64,000 bases of DNA, taken from positions 1 to 64,000 of the IMG/VR virus record IMGVR_UViG_3300032073_005220. One strand, written 5' to 3'. Numbering within the stretch: the first letter of the stretch is position 1; every line of letters starts with the position of its first letter. Both the position numbers and the translations under genes were made by a program. This document shows, piece by piece, positions 38,501-48,746 of this stretch. The notes under the pieces were generated by a model that saw nothing but the letters and a program-made list of their open reading frames with translations, did no database searches and was not told where the DNA came from. This stretch comes from a virus.

Positions 38501-39191
38501 AATTCATTAACCTTACAGGTAGACTCTGATTAATATATAAACGCCAATTGTATGTCATAAGATAATGATTATCTATAACTTGTCCACGATTGATTGTTGA
38601 AGGATCAGCAATTTGAGTTACAATAGGAAGATTTCCGCAAAAACAATTAAAATTTGGATAGATATAATCATTAAAAAATGCATCTATAGCATTCATCATT
38701 CCGTCATTATTCCACTTATTAAAAACTAAGGGCCATTTTAAAACTTCTTGAAGAATAGATTTTTTATATATTACAGCACTGACTCCATATATTTTTGTGT
38801 GTTTTTCTTGTTTAGGCGGTAAGTCTCTTAGACTAATTAAACAATCTTCTCTATCCATCTTTAATGGCCTGTGTATACTAGGAGCTAAATGAAACATGTC
38901 CCATTCAACATTATCTAAAGCCTTTAAGCAATCTTGTAAATGTTGTTTTGCGTGAGGCATAAAAAATATATCATCTTCACATACAAGTAAATAATCCAAA
39001 TCTTTTTCTATTCCTAATAATGCAACAGCCATATGACTTTTGGCACAGCCTATGTAACCACCTGTGTCAATTCCTGGAAATCTAATATAGTCCCATTTCA
39101 TATATTCAAATTCTTTTACTATATGATTCCATCTGTCTGGTCTATTGTCTAGATTGATAATAAATTTATTAATGTTGTTAATATCAATCAT
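38472..39191 (-). CDS. GT25-family glycosyltransferase
   Basis: IINLDNRPDR, GCAKSH, VCEDD. Confidence 0.8.
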   Translation of the reverse strand: MIDINNINKFIINLDNRPDRWNHIVKEFEYMKWDYIRFPGIDTGGYIGCAKSHMAVALLGIEKDLDYLLVCEDDIFFMPHAKQHLQDCLKALDNVEWDMFHLAPSIHRPLKMDREDCLISLRDLPPKQEKHTKIYGVSAVIYKKSILQEVLKWPLVFNKWNNDGMMNAIDAFFNDYIYPNFNCFCGNLPIVTQIADPSTINRGQVIDNHYLMTYNWRLYINQSLPVRLMNYGYCKNNRK

Positions 39192-39192
39192 T

Positions 39193-40464
39193 TTAAAGCA
39201 ATCCTGTAATCGGAGCAGCCCAGCCTTGAGATTCACTATGGGCCCATACTATCCAACTGTTTGGTTTAATCTCCGTCTGGAACTCCCTCCATACTTTACA
39301 GTAACCGTCAGGATCTGTTTTCATTCTATGAATTTCGTCTTTGTTGGCATCTTGCCTGTATATGTCGTTGCCTTTTTCGTCTTTGAAAGCCACACACCAA
39401 AAATCGTAATCTTGCAAAGGAACCTGCTCGAAAGAGATGTCAATACAGTGTCTGAATATGGATAAAAGACAACCATAAAACTCTTCGTCTGATACGTCAT
39501 TATTTATATTGGGAGCTACTTTATCTTTGGTCTGAGGACTTATAGCTCTTTTCTTGAAACACAACCCAGCGTATTTTTCATACTCTAAAAGAGTTCTCTC
39601 TGTACCAAATCCATACTCTAAAAAATCTTCATCCTGTTTTTCTCCGTCCATGCCAAAAAGTTTTCTGTTTCTTAGATGAGACCTGTCGTTTGTTACATGC
39701 CAATTATAATGATCATCCCAATGTTTGGTTCTTCCTTTTCTTGTATATTCATGCCAACATATAACTTGGTTGGGATGAAATAAATCGTATCCATGAGTAA
39801 AAGCTCTAGCGGCAATACTAATTTCTTCTCCGTGAAAATACATATTGGGGTCATGTCTAACTTCTTTAGCAAAGGAACCTAAAGAAAAAGCAAAATGAGC
39901 ACTATAAAATCTAGCTGGCAAAGGCTTACTAGAATCGTCATAGGAATCAAATGTGGCAGGAAGGAAGAACACAGCGCCTTCCGGAATAAATCTATCAAAA
40001 TTCATTTTCCAAGGTAGGTTAACCCTGCTTCCTGGATCGTTATCTGGATCAAAACTAGGTATATAAGCTGTTATCAAAGGTTTTTTATATCCATCTTTCT
40101 GCAAGCCTTTAAGCATATCTTTCAGCTTGGTGTCCCAATCCTTAACAAATCTATGATGACTATCTAGTTGTAAAGTATAATCTTCATTATCATACAAAGA
40201 CTGAACCGCATTTCTTGCCCAGCACACCCCTTTGGCTTTTTTGTAGTCAATCTCTATAATCTTAACTCTTTTGTCATCTTTATATTCGTCTAAATTATCC
40301 CATTCGTCATCGACACATCTTTGCCAAGCGATACCGACATTAATATCCTCTGGATGGTCAGCATTAGCAAACATATCTCTGAGTGTCGGCAATAGTTGGG
40401 GGTCTCTATAAGAAGCTATCTGTATAAATATTTTTTCTGGTTTATTTTTATTGGCATTGCTCAT
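39193..40464 (-). CDS. GT60 polypeptide GlcNAc-transferase (Skp1 Gnt1-like)
   Basis: IFIQIASYRDP, GVCWAR, LQLDSHHRF..WD, FHGEEI, GYDLF.P, H.Y.R. Confidence 0.85.
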   Translation of the reverse strand: MSNANKNKPEKIFIQIASYRDPQLLPTLRDMFANADHPEDINVGIAWQRCVDDEWDNLDEYKDDKRVKIIEIDYKKAKGVCWARNAVQSLYDNEDYTLQLDSHHRFVKDWDTKLKDMLKGLQKDGYKKPLITAYIPSFDPDNDPGSRVNLPWKMNFDRFIPEGAVFFLPATFDSYDDSSKPLPARFYSAHFAFSLGSFAKEVRHDPNMYFHGEEISIAARAFTHGYDLFHPNQVICWHEYTRKGRTKHWDDHYNWHVTNDRSHLRNRKLFGMDGEKQDEDFLEYGFGTERTLLEYEKYAGLCFKKRAISPQTKDKVAPNINNDVSDEEFYGCLLSIFRHCIDISFEQVPLQDYDFWCVAFKDEKGNDIYRQDANKDEIHRMKTDPDGYCKVWREFQTEIKPNSWIVWAHSESQGWAAPITGLL

Positions 40465-40499
40465 GATTACTATGTCCTGTATATCCTTTTAAATTTAGG

Positions 40500-41108
40500 T
40501 TATAGCTCTATAATAGCTCTATTAGAATAATTAGCTAGAAAATCTTTGTCTTCTTCTGTGATGTCTAAAGTGTAGATAGGTACGTATGAATTTGCCCTCT
40601 TCTTTTTTATATAAATACCATAATCGTATCTTAAACAATATAGGTCAAAATCTCTATATAGACTTAAGAATTTTTCATTATTGAGATCAGATTGTATATG
40701 AATCTCATATTGATTGCCAAATTGAGCATCTTGTTCAGCATTAAAAGGTACTCCTACAATAATATCTTCACAACTGTTGTTAAATTTATCTAAAGTATTT
40801 ATAGCATCAACATAAGATATATGCTCTATTACATCTCCAAAAATTGCTAATTGATATTTTGTTAAATCTATATCTAATGAAATAACATTTTTGTTAAAAA
40901 TATTTCTATACTTATCTTTTAAATTAAACTTAGATATATATTTTTCAAATACTTCTACGGCATCTATGTTTCTGTATCCTAATGGATACAACGTATCGTA
41001 ATAAGTACCAGCACCAGCACCAATATCAATGATATTAGATTCAGTATTAATATATTTACAAATATATTCTATTGTTTGTTCTTTAAATATTGATGTGCTA
41101 GTAGGCAT
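40500..41108 (-). CDS. Class I SAM methyltransferase
   Basis: IDIGAGAG, AVE, GDVIEH. Confidence 0.8.
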   Translation of the reverse strand: MPTSTSIFKEQTIEYICKYINTESNIIDIGAGAGTYYDTLYPLGYRNIDAVEVFEKYISKFNLKDKYRNIFNKNVISLDIDLTKYQLAIFGDVIEHISYVDAINTLDKFNNSCEDIIVGVPFNAEQDAQFGNQYEIHIQSDLNNEKFLSLYRDFDLYCLRYDYGIYIKKKRANSYVPIYTLDITEEDKDFLANYSNRAIIEL

Positions 41109-42736
41109 CAGTTCTCTCTTCTTTCAGATTTTTTATAATGCTCTGTTCTATTATGCGTAATTGGACTAGCTAATAATATAGCAGAATTTACCTTCTCTTC
41201 TTTGGTCAGAGTATATATATGACTCATCCATGTCTGCTCGTAAGGGTGTTGCCATTTTGTGTCTAAGAACATTTTCTCGTTGCCCTCTCTACTGATTATG
41301 TGGGGCCAATTACAATAGTAGATTTCTCCTTCAGCATATGGTATTCTATTCAGTTGTTTTATACAATTAAACTGAGTAAGCGGCCTTTTATGTGTTTCTC
41401 CAAAATATAAGAATCTTTTATCCTGAGGTACATTATGCCAACTCCATTGTTCGCTATTGTTTCCATAGAATTCACTAAAGCTCATTTTTAAAAAGTCGTA
41501 TTTCTCTTTATCCATTATTTTAACAATAGTTCTAAGCAGATTTTTTACTTCCTTCCTAAACCCAAAATTACAATATCCAGTAAAGTCCAAAAGCATATCA
41601 TCTTCAAAAAACATCATATACTTATCATCAGAATCTCCAAAATCTTCAGCAGCAAACTGTCTTGATCCACAAATACCCATATTGCCTTTTTTCACCTGTT
41701 GAAAACCATAGGTATTACATATATTGTTGTAGTCCAAGTCGTATTCCGGTTTGGTGCTATTATTTATTAGTATTTTTTGCGTTTTGTTTAAAAAGTCTGA
41801 ATCTTTTTCTTCAAAAGATTTTATTACAGAATTAAGCTGTTTAGGTGAATTATAAGTGTTTATATAAAGTCTAACAGTGCTGGGTACATTACTGTTCATT
41901 ATTACTGGTTTTTTATGGTTCTTTATATCTTCAAAAAACTTAAAAACTAAGCCGTCTCCATTTATGTCGAATAATTGTATATCCTTATTTAACTTGGCTA
42001 TTATAGAGAATATACTTTCTTCCGTGCCCATATAACCATTATTAAGAGTGTCATTTAATAGTTGATAGTATTCTCCGTTAATACTTGATATGCTACTTTT
42101 ACTTCCTCCAAAAAAACCTCCCCTACATACATGTTCGACCTCTGTTCCGCATATTCTATTCATCTCTTTAATATCAAACCCATGAATCTCTGAATTTGTT
42201 TTATAAGGATATCTTATAAACATAAAAGAATCTACCATATCTTCTAGCTTATCAAGAACTTTATCATGACTAAAATAGCCAGGATGTACTGTGTTGTTTA
42301 TGCCAGCATCAATCCAATAGAAGAAATCAGAGTCAAATATATTCATTATGCTTGCATTATGCAGAAAAAACATCTTGCTCATTACTACAGGATTGTACAT
42401 TTGCAGCATAGCTTGCGTACTTCCCGATAGCCAGCCAACTTGATTAAGCCATTCCTTGCTGTTTCTTATTCTTTCTATCTGCTTACAGAAAGGAAAGAAG
42501 TCTGAACAAAAATCTTCCACTTCATGCTTTATCCAAAAAATCTTATCTTTTCTTATGTTTTTTATCTCTTCTTTTATAGATTCAGATGAAAATACAATTA
42601 TGTTTGTATCTTTAGTTGATTCTAATAATTTAGATAAATTTTCTAGATATGTAGAAAAACTCCTAGACCAATCCTTATCTAGACTAGACCTGCCCAGATC
42701 CCATAGTCCAGTAACTAGGGTTGTTTTAGATGACAT
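41108..42736 (-). CDS. HtrL-like domain fused to a GT-A-like domain
   Basis: TLVTGLWD, SKMF, YWIDAG, GGFFGG, GTEE; second domain FFEDD. Confidence 0.65.
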   Translation of the reverse strand: MSSKTTLVTGLWDLGRSSLDKDWSRSFSTYLENLSKLLESTKDTNIIVFSSESIKEEIKNIRKDKIFWIKHEVEDFCSDFFPFCKQIERIRNSKEWLNQVGWLSGSTQAMLQMYNPVVMSKMFFLHNASIMNIFDSDFFYWIDAGINNTVHPGYFSHDKVLDKLEDMVDSFMFIRYPYKTNSEIHGFDIKEMNRICGTEVEHVCRGGFFGGSKSSISSINGEYYQLLNDTLNNGYMGTEESIFSIIAKLNKDIQLFDINGDGLVFKFFEDIKNHKKPVIMNSNVPSTVRLYINTYNSPKQLNSVIKSFEEKDSDFLNKTQKILINNSTKPEYDLDYNNICNTYGFQQVKKGNMGICGSRQFAAEDFGDSDDKYMMFFEDDMLLDFTGYCNFGFRKEVKNLLRTIVKIMDKEKYDFLKMSFSEFYGNNSEQWSWHNVPQDKRFLYFGETHKRPLTQFNCIKQLNRIPYAEGEIYYCNWPHIISREGNEKMFLDTKWQHPYEQTWMSHIYTLTKEEKVNSAILLASPITHNRTEHYKKSERREN

Positions 42737-42921
42737 ATAAGTACGTACTTAGTTAAAGGTATTAATGCTCCGGCTCTGCATAAATATTAATGTAAAATCA
42801 CGGTCAGTCAAGTATGAAAATTATCATGCGTTTTTTTATATTCGTCTTGACTTTGGGTTTTTAATAAATACTATAAAAATAGTTATTTTGTTTTTACTAA
42901 AAGACTTAAAGAAACAGAAAA

Positions 42922-43104
42922 ATGGAAAAAGAAGACAAGAAAAGCATGAGGAAAGCAAAAATAGACAAAAAAAGGAAGGACAAATATCCAACCTCAGACG
43001 GCATGGAACATAAGGCCAAAGTACAGAGTAAGAGAAATAGGCAAGTAGAAGATGATGAGTGGGAAGAATGGGAAGATTGGAATAGGTTTTATAATCACAA
43101 ATGA
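42922..43104 (+). CDS. Small charged hypothetical protein
   Basis: First gene after the divergent TTGACT promoter region. Confidence 0.5.
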   Translation: MEKEDKKSMRKAKIDKKRKDKYPTSDGMEHKAKVQSKRNRQVEDDEWEEWEDWNRFYNHK

Positions 43105-43343
43105 AATATATAGAAGAAATAGAACCTGGACAATCATTTGTATATCAAGAGGATAATTTCTTGATGACTTCCGATTTCAAGAAAAGTGGAGACAGGCTTT
43201 CAATAAGCCTTACGAACGGGGTTAGTAGATGGATGGGTGCTTCTGAGACAGTAGATTTGGTAGTTTTATATACAATAGATGAAGAGAGTAATTTAAAACA
43301 TATCAGAAAAGAAGACGCTAATGATCCTAATAAGAATATCTAA
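43101..43343 (+). CDS. Hypothetical protein
   Basis: ATGA-type coupling with the previous gene. Confidence 0.55.
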   Translation: MKYIEEIEPGQSFVYQEDNFLMTSDFKKSGDRLSISLTNGVSRWMGASETVDLVVLYTIDEESNLKHIRKEDANDPNKNI

Positions 43344-43572
43344 TTTCATTAAATCATTATCTTTTCATGTTTGGGCAGGATTTCCTAAATGTAATCAAGA
43401 ACAAATTTCCAATAGACTTAACATATGCCTTAGTTGCGAAGACTTTAGTAAAGAATATTCTATGTGTAATATTTGTGGATGTAATATTACAGATAAGAAA
43501 GAATTTTTTAATAAATTAGCATGGGCTGATCAAGAATGCCCTGTAGGTAAATGGAAAAAAGAAATAAAATAA
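43321..43572 (+). CDS. Cys-rich small protein (DUF6171-like)
   Basis: R..IC.SC...C.ICGC...K......CP.GKW. Confidence 0.65.
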   Translation: MILIRISNFIKSLSFHVWAGFPKCNQEQISNRLNICLSCEDFSKEYSMCNICGCNITDKKEFFNKLAWADQECPVGKWKKEIK

Positions 43573-43573
43573 T

Positions 43574-44113
43574 ATGAAAACAAAACAACAAGCCAATAAA
43601 AGAAAAAACTATGTATATAATAGTAAACATAATTTATTCAGTATTGCTCGCCAGCAAATAGAATGTGACGCTAATGGGTGTCATGTTATTATAATTAATA
43701 TATGCAATTCTCAACATATTCATGTTAACGCTTTTAATAAAAAAATATATAATAATTACCCTTTAGTACTTGCTAACAGAGAAGCCGCAGGAAGAATAAA
43801 CTTAGGTAAATGCCAAACTATATTAGTCGATAAAAATAAAGAATATGACCACAAGCTTTACGTTACAAATCTATATGCTTGCTCTGGGAAGAAGACTTCT
43901 AATAATAGAACAATCAACTATTATGCTTTAGCTCTTAGCCTACATCACTTAGCTAATTTTATCAGATCTGAAATACACAATTCTGAAAATAAGACTTTTA
44001 GGGTATTTATAGATAAAAAATGCCTAGCTTTTACTGGTTGCAACTGGTCGTTTGTAGATGACTTGTTAGACGATATCATGCCAGATATCGAGGTAGAGGT
44101 ATATGATCAATAA
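43574..44113 (+). CDS. Degenerate macrodomain-like protein
   Basis: IINICN, YPLV, LGKCQ, VTNLYA, INYYAL...L, W..V..LL pattern, but lacking the Gly-rich loops. Confidence 0.45.
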   Translation: MKTKQQANKRKNYVYNSKHNLFSIARQQIECDANGCHVIIINICNSQHIHVNAFNKKIYNNYPLVLANREAAGRINLGKCQTILVDKNKEYDHKLYVTNLYACSGKKTSNNRTINYYALALSLHHLANFIRSEIHNSENKTFRVFIDKKCLAFTGCNWSFVDDLLDDIMPDIEVEVYDQ

Positions 44114-44993
44114 CAATATTGAATATCTCAAACAACATCCTTATGTAAGTGATGATATCAGCATAGATATCAACGAAGGGCCCTTTCCCCATATCGTCAT
44201 AAATAATCTCTTAAAAGATGAGATATACGAAATGGTATCTAGTAACTTCATGGACATGATAGGAAGAACAAAACCTTACAAAGATCTTCCAGGAGCAGTG
44301 CATGATTATGCTGCTTATATATACGGTCTAAAAAAAGAAGACTGTAAATATGGTTATGATTTTTTTGTAGATGATATTTGGAAAAATTTTAATATGATGA
44401 CATTTGGCATACTTGTAAATAAATATATAGCAATGAGCGTCCATTGGCACGAAGCTCCTGCAAAAGCTGGATTTATACATAACGACTATAATGTATGTTC
44501 TGTTATTGACGAAGGACCAACCGACTTTACTTTAACTGGTAACTGCTATTATTCTGATGATACGGCCCACAGAACTCCTCAGGCTCAAAAAATATCCAGA
44601 AGCATAGCTATCCTATATTATTTAAATAATGAACCCACAAAAAAAAATGATGGAGGCACTGGTATATATACAAATTATAAATTCCACAGCAAAGTAAAAG
44701 ATATCCCGGCTAAGAACAATTCCATATTTGTTTTTGCAGTGCAACCAAATTCTTATCACGGATTTTCTGGCGCAAATTTTAACAGATCAGCTATGGTACA
44801 ATGGTTTCATTCTAGTCCTGCCTACATGGTTAGTAAATATAAATCTTTAATGAAACAAAGACAAGATACCTATGGTTGTGGTTTTGAGCGTTGGCAACCA
44901 AACGAAATGATGTGGGACATCAGAAACGATCCTGAATATAAAAAATATTTTCCAAATCAAAATTTAACATTAGAACAATTATTAAACTCATGA
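44103..44993 (+). CDS. 2OG-Fe(II) oxygenase (prolyl-hydroxylase-like)
   Basis: PFPHIVINN, HND (HxD), LYYLN, GGT, SYHG, R. Confidence 0.78.
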   Translation: MINNNIEYLKQHPYVSDDISIDINEGPFPHIVINNLLKDEIYEMVSSNFMDMIGRTKPYKDLPGAVHDYAAYIYGLKKEDCKYGYDFFVDDIWKNFNMMTFGILVNKYIAMSVHWHEAPAKAGFIHNDYNVCSVIDEGPTDFTLTGNCYYSDDTAHRTPQAQKISRSIAILYYLNNEPTKKNDGGTGIYTNYKFHSKVKDIPAKNNSIFVFAVQPNSYHGFSGANFNRSAMVQWFHSSPAYMVSKYKSLMKQRQDTYGCGFERWQPNEMMWDIRNDPEYKKYFPNQNLTLEQLLNS

Positions 44994-45850
44994 ATAGACA
45001 GATACTGTTTCTTGCTGATGAATTTGCTTCAGACTCAACAGGAGGTGCTGAACTGACAACTGAAGCAGTTATTAATGACAGTCCTTCAGATGTTGACATG
45101 ATTATGGTTCGAACATCAGAGCTAAATATAGATATAATTAATAAATTCAAAGACAACAAATGGATTATAGGTAATTTTTTTGGTCTCAATCCAGATCATA
45201 TGATACATTTGATGTCTAAGAAAATAGATTATTCTATCATTGAATATGATTATAAATATTGCGTTATGCGTATTCCTAAATTACACAAAAAACTACACGG
45301 AGAATGTTGTGAAGAAAGCGTAAGAGGACAACTTATATCTTTATTTATGTCTCTTTCTCAAAGTCTGTGGTATATGTCTAGTGGGCAAAAAAACTGGTAC
45401 GAGCAACAGTTCCCTGCTCTTAAAAAAGCTAATAGTTATGTACTAGGCTCTCTGTTAGAACAAAAAACTATTGATTATATCAATACTCTGGACTGTTTAA
45501 ATAAAAACGATACATATATGATACAAGACCATCCTCACATATTGAAAGGAACAAAAGCAGGTATAGAATTAGCTCAAATTAAAAATTTAAAATATGAATT
45601 GTTTGGGTCTATGAAATCAGAACCTCACCACGAGGTTTTACAAAAATTTGCAAAAGCTAAAGGGTTAATATTTGTTCCTACAGAATTCGATACTTGTCCA
45701 AGAATCACAATAGAAGCGAAGCTATTAGGTTGCGACTTGATACTCGGAGAAAATGTCCAGCATAAAGACGAAGAGTGGTTTAATAAAAATAATACGGACA
45801 TTGTCAATCATATGAAAAATAGAAGTAAGTTTTTCTGGGAGAGAATTTAA
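44990..45850 (+). CDS. GT-B glycosyltransferase (GT4-like)
   Basis: GGAELT, KG, DTCPRITIEAKLLGC. Confidence 0.65.
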   Translation: MNRQILFLADEFASDSTGGAELTTEAVINDSPSDVDMIMVRTSELNIDIINKFKDNKWIIGNFFGLNPDHMIHLMSKKIDYSIIEYDYKYCVMRIPKLHKKLHGECCEESVRGQLISLFMSLSQSLWYMSSGQKNWYEQQFPALKKANSYVLGSLLEQKTIDYINTLDCLNKNDTYMIQDHPHILKGTKAGIELAQIKNLKYELFGSMKSEPHHEVLQKFAKAKGLIFVPTEFDTCPRITIEAKLLGCDLILGENVQHKDEEWFNKNNTDIVNHMKNRSKFFWERI

Positions 45851-46266
45851 TGATACATATATATTCCAAAGTAGAACCAAATACTTTATTACATATTATT
45901 AATAATGGAGATCCTGCAGAAAATAGAGTGGATATTATTCCTGAGAATAATTTTCTACAGTGCTCATGTTTAAAACACGATAAAGGCAAAACTTTTGTGC
46001 CTCACTATCATATCAAAAAAGAAAGACACTACAAGGAACAAATAGCCCAGGAATCTTGGATAGTAATTAGGGGTAGAGTTAAATGTATCTTGTATGATTT
46101 GGATAATACGATTATTGCAGAACATATACTAGAAGAAGGGCATGCTAGTTTTACTTTAGCTGGCGGACACAATTATGAATTTCTAGAAGACAATAGTCTT
46201 GTTTATGAATATAAAACAGGACCATACGAAGGACAAGAACTAGACAAGAGGTTCATTAATGATTAA
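45850..46266 (+). CDS. Cupin (WbuC-like)
   Basis: PHYH, QESW, GGH, EYKTGPY. Confidence 0.7.
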   Translation: MIHIYSKVEPNTLLHIINNGDPAENRVDIIPENNFLQCSCLKHDKGKTFVPHYHIKKERHYKEQIAQESWIVIRGRVKCILYDLDNTIIAEHILEEGHASFTLAGGHNYEFLEDNSLVYEYKTGPYEGQELDKRFIND

Positions 46267-46336
46267 AATAAATATGAGATGTGTTTGGATTTATATTAAT
46301 TCTGGAGATTATGATTGCTGGGAGCGCATTAAATGA
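46259..46336 (+). pseudogene. Possible remnant of a methyltransferase N-terminus
   Basis: 25-aa ORF MIKINMRCVWIYINSGDYDC coupled to both neighbours; resembles a decayed K.N.GCG...W..ID start. Confidence 0.25.
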
Positions 46337-46923
46337 TCGACAACTCTGTAAAAATATTTGAACAAAAAATTGCAGACTTTTATGGTTGTCCATATGCTAT
46401 AGCTGTTGATTGTTGTACTCATGGAATAGAATTGTGTTTGAGATATACAAACACTTTACATTACACTACCCCCAAAAGAACATATGTTTCTATTCCCATG
46501 CTTGCCAATAAATTAGGTATAGATTTTACTTGGGAAGAATTGGCTTGGGAAGACTATTACTTTTTAGGGAATACCAATATCATAGACGCCGCAGTAAATT
46601 GGAAAGCTAATAGTTATATATCTAATACATTTATGTGCTTAAGTTTTCAATTTCAAAAACATTTGAGCTTGGGTAGAGGAGGTATGATATTAACAGATAA
46701 TATAAAGGCTTGCACAGCTCTTAAAAAAATGTCGTACGACGGAAGACTACCCGACATTCCTTGGAGAGAACAAAATATTGACAGTATGGGATATCATTAC
46801 TACATGACACCAGAAACAGCTAAGCTAGGACTAGAAAAACTGCCTGAAGCCATAGAGAGAAAACCTAAAAAATGGACATTAGAGGAGTGGCCTGATTTAA
46901 CTCAAATGGAGATTTTCAAGTGA
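46333..46923 (+). CDS. Short DegT/DnrJ-family PLP aminotransferase
   Basis: FE...A...AVDCCTHG, DAA, SFQFQKHL..GRGG. Confidence 0.75.
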   Translation: MIDNSVKIFEQKIADFYGCPYAIAVDCCTHGIELCLRYTNTLHYTTPKRTYVSIPMLANKLGIDFTWEELAWEDYYFLGNTNIIDAAVNWKANSYISNTFMCLSFQFQKHLSLGRGGMILTDNIKACTALKKMSYDGRLPDIPWREQNIDSMGYHYYMTPETAKLGLEKLPEAIERKPKKWTLEEWPDLTQMEIFK

Positions 46924-47891
46924 AAAAAGCACTAATAACCGGCATCAATGGTCAAGACGGAAGCTATTTAACAGAATATCTTTTGTCTTTAGGCTATGAA
47001 GTTCATGGAATAGTAAGAAGACATTCTGTTGCAGAAAATCAAAATTATAGATTACTTAAACACGATATCGACAACAGTATCCATACACACTATGGAGATT
47101 TGACCGATTATTCGTCATTGGTAAGAATTACTTCCGAAGTCTCTCCTGATGAAATATATAATTTAGCAGCGATGAGCCATGTAAGGATTAGCTTTGATGT
47201 CCCTTCGTATACTATTCAGTCTAATGCTCTAGGCGTTTTAAATATGCTTGAAATTTATAAAACACTATGTCCAGCAGCTAAATTTTATCAAGCCTCATCA
47301 TCTGAAATGTTTGGTAATTCTGTAGACGATGATGGGATACAAAGACTTACAACCTCTATGAATCCTGTTAGTCCCTATGGGTGTTCTAAAGTGCTTGGGT
47401 ATAATTTAGTTAGACATTATAGACACGCTTATGGACTACATGCATGTAATGGTATTTTATTTAATCACGAATCTCCCAGAAGAGGCTCTAACTTTGTTAC
47501 CAACAAAGTAATAAAAACCGCAGTTGAAATTAAAAAAGGACTAGCAACGCAGCTAGAATTAGGGAATATGGATTCTTCTAGAGATTGGGGTCATTCCAAA
47601 GACTATGTTAGAGCTATGCATATGATATTAAATCACGATAAGCCTGATGATTTTATCGTATCTACAGGAGAAACTCATTCTGTGCGAGAATTATGCGATA
47701 TAGTTTTCTCTAAATTAGACATGAACTACAAGGATTTTGTGATACAAAACCCTAAATACATGAGACCAGAAGAATTAAAATATCTTAAAGGAGATCCCAC
47801 AAAAGCTAGAACTGTTTTAAAATGGGAACCAGAATATACTTTTGATAGCATGATAGATGAGATGATAGAAAGATGGGAGAAAGAACTATGA
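46920..47891 (+). CDS. gmd: GDP-mannose 4,6-dehydratase
   Basis: ITGINGQDGSYL, YQASSSEMFG, GILFNHESPRRG, RDWGH. Confidence 0.95.
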   Translation: MKKALITGINGQDGSYLTEYLLSLGYEVHGIVRRHSVAENQNYRLLKHDIDNSIHTHYGDLTDYSSLVRITSEVSPDEIYNLAAMSHVRISFDVPSYTIQSNALGVLNMLEIYKTLCPAAKFYQASSSEMFGNSVDDDGIQRLTTSMNPVSPYGCSKVLGYNLVRHYRHAYGLHACNGILFNHESPRRGSNFVTNKVIKTAVEIKKGLATQLELGNMDSSRDWGHSKDYVRAMHMILNHDKPDDFIVSTGETHSVRELCDIVFSKLDMNYKDFVIQNPKYMRPEELKYLKGDPTKARTVLKWEPEYTFDSMIDEMIERWEKEL

Positions 47892-48730
47892 ATAAACGGC
47901 TTTGTATCTTACAAATAACGCCAGAAAAACCCAATCCAGTGCATATAAGTTATTTTAAAGACAAGCCTGATTGTGACTTTTTCTTTTTAACACACGATGC
48001 CGAGCATCCAGATGCTTTAAAATTTTGCCCAAACACAGTATGGTCGGAAACAAGAAATATAATTGTTGAATCGGTACCAAAAAAATATGATTATTATGGT
48101 TTTGTAGATTATGATTGGACTATTAATAGCAGGTCTAATTTAAGCCCACGCGACCAAATTTTAGAAGATTTAGACTGGAATCCAGCTGTGCTGACGTACT
48201 ATCCCGGTAAAGGTCTATCCACCCCATATGCAACTGATACCGAATACTTAAATAGTAGAGAAAGATCTTGCATACCTTTTACTCATGCTAGCTTTAAAAT
48301 GATACATCACAGTTTGTTAAACTGGTTTTTTCCTATGCATACAAAATATCGAGTAGATATAGACGGCTGCCATATGTTTAATATACAAGAAATTCCTTTT
48401 TTAAAAAATGTTATCTGTAGTCATAAAATGACTTATGACAACGATGTTTCTGTTGCAGGAGCATACAATAAGAACCCAGCCTTTGCCAAGCAGGGAATGG
48501 ACCAAATGTGGAAAGACATATCTACATCATATAAACACATGGATGCATTAAGGTCAGCTAATTACGACTTAAACGACTCTTTGAGTATTAAATATTTTTA
48601 TGTTAACCTTTTTAAGCAATTAAATATATCTCCGGAAAAAAGTCCAGGTGATGTGAATTATTTAGATGTTGCTAGAATATCTCAACATTTTGACATCGAG
48701 CATCCGTGGATCGCTTCTCACATAAGATAA
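47888..48730 (+). CDS. Hypothetical protein, possible GT-A
   Basis: WSETRN, YYGFVDYD (DxD); inside the glycan operon. Confidence 0.45.
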   Translation: MNKRLCILQITPEKPNPVHISYFKDKPDCDFFFLTHDAEHPDALKFCPNTVWSETRNIIVESVPKKYDYYGFVDYDWTINSRSNLSPRDQILEDLDWNPAVLTYYPGKGLSTPYATDTEYLNSRERSCIPFTHASFKMIHHSLLNWFFPMHTKYRVDIDGCHMFNIQEIPFLKNVICSHKMTYDNDVSVAGAYNKNPAFAKQGMDQMWKDISTSYKHMDALRSANYDLNDSLSIKYFYVNLFKQLNISPEKSPGDVNYLDVARISQHFDIEHPWIASHIR

Positions 48731-48746
48731 TAAGAATAGAAAGACT

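Noticed and set aside
42765-43013. 82-aa + strand ORF
   Set aside because: It spans the divergent promoter region (oppositely oriented TTGACT boxes near 42806 and 42847) and overlaps a better ORF at 42922
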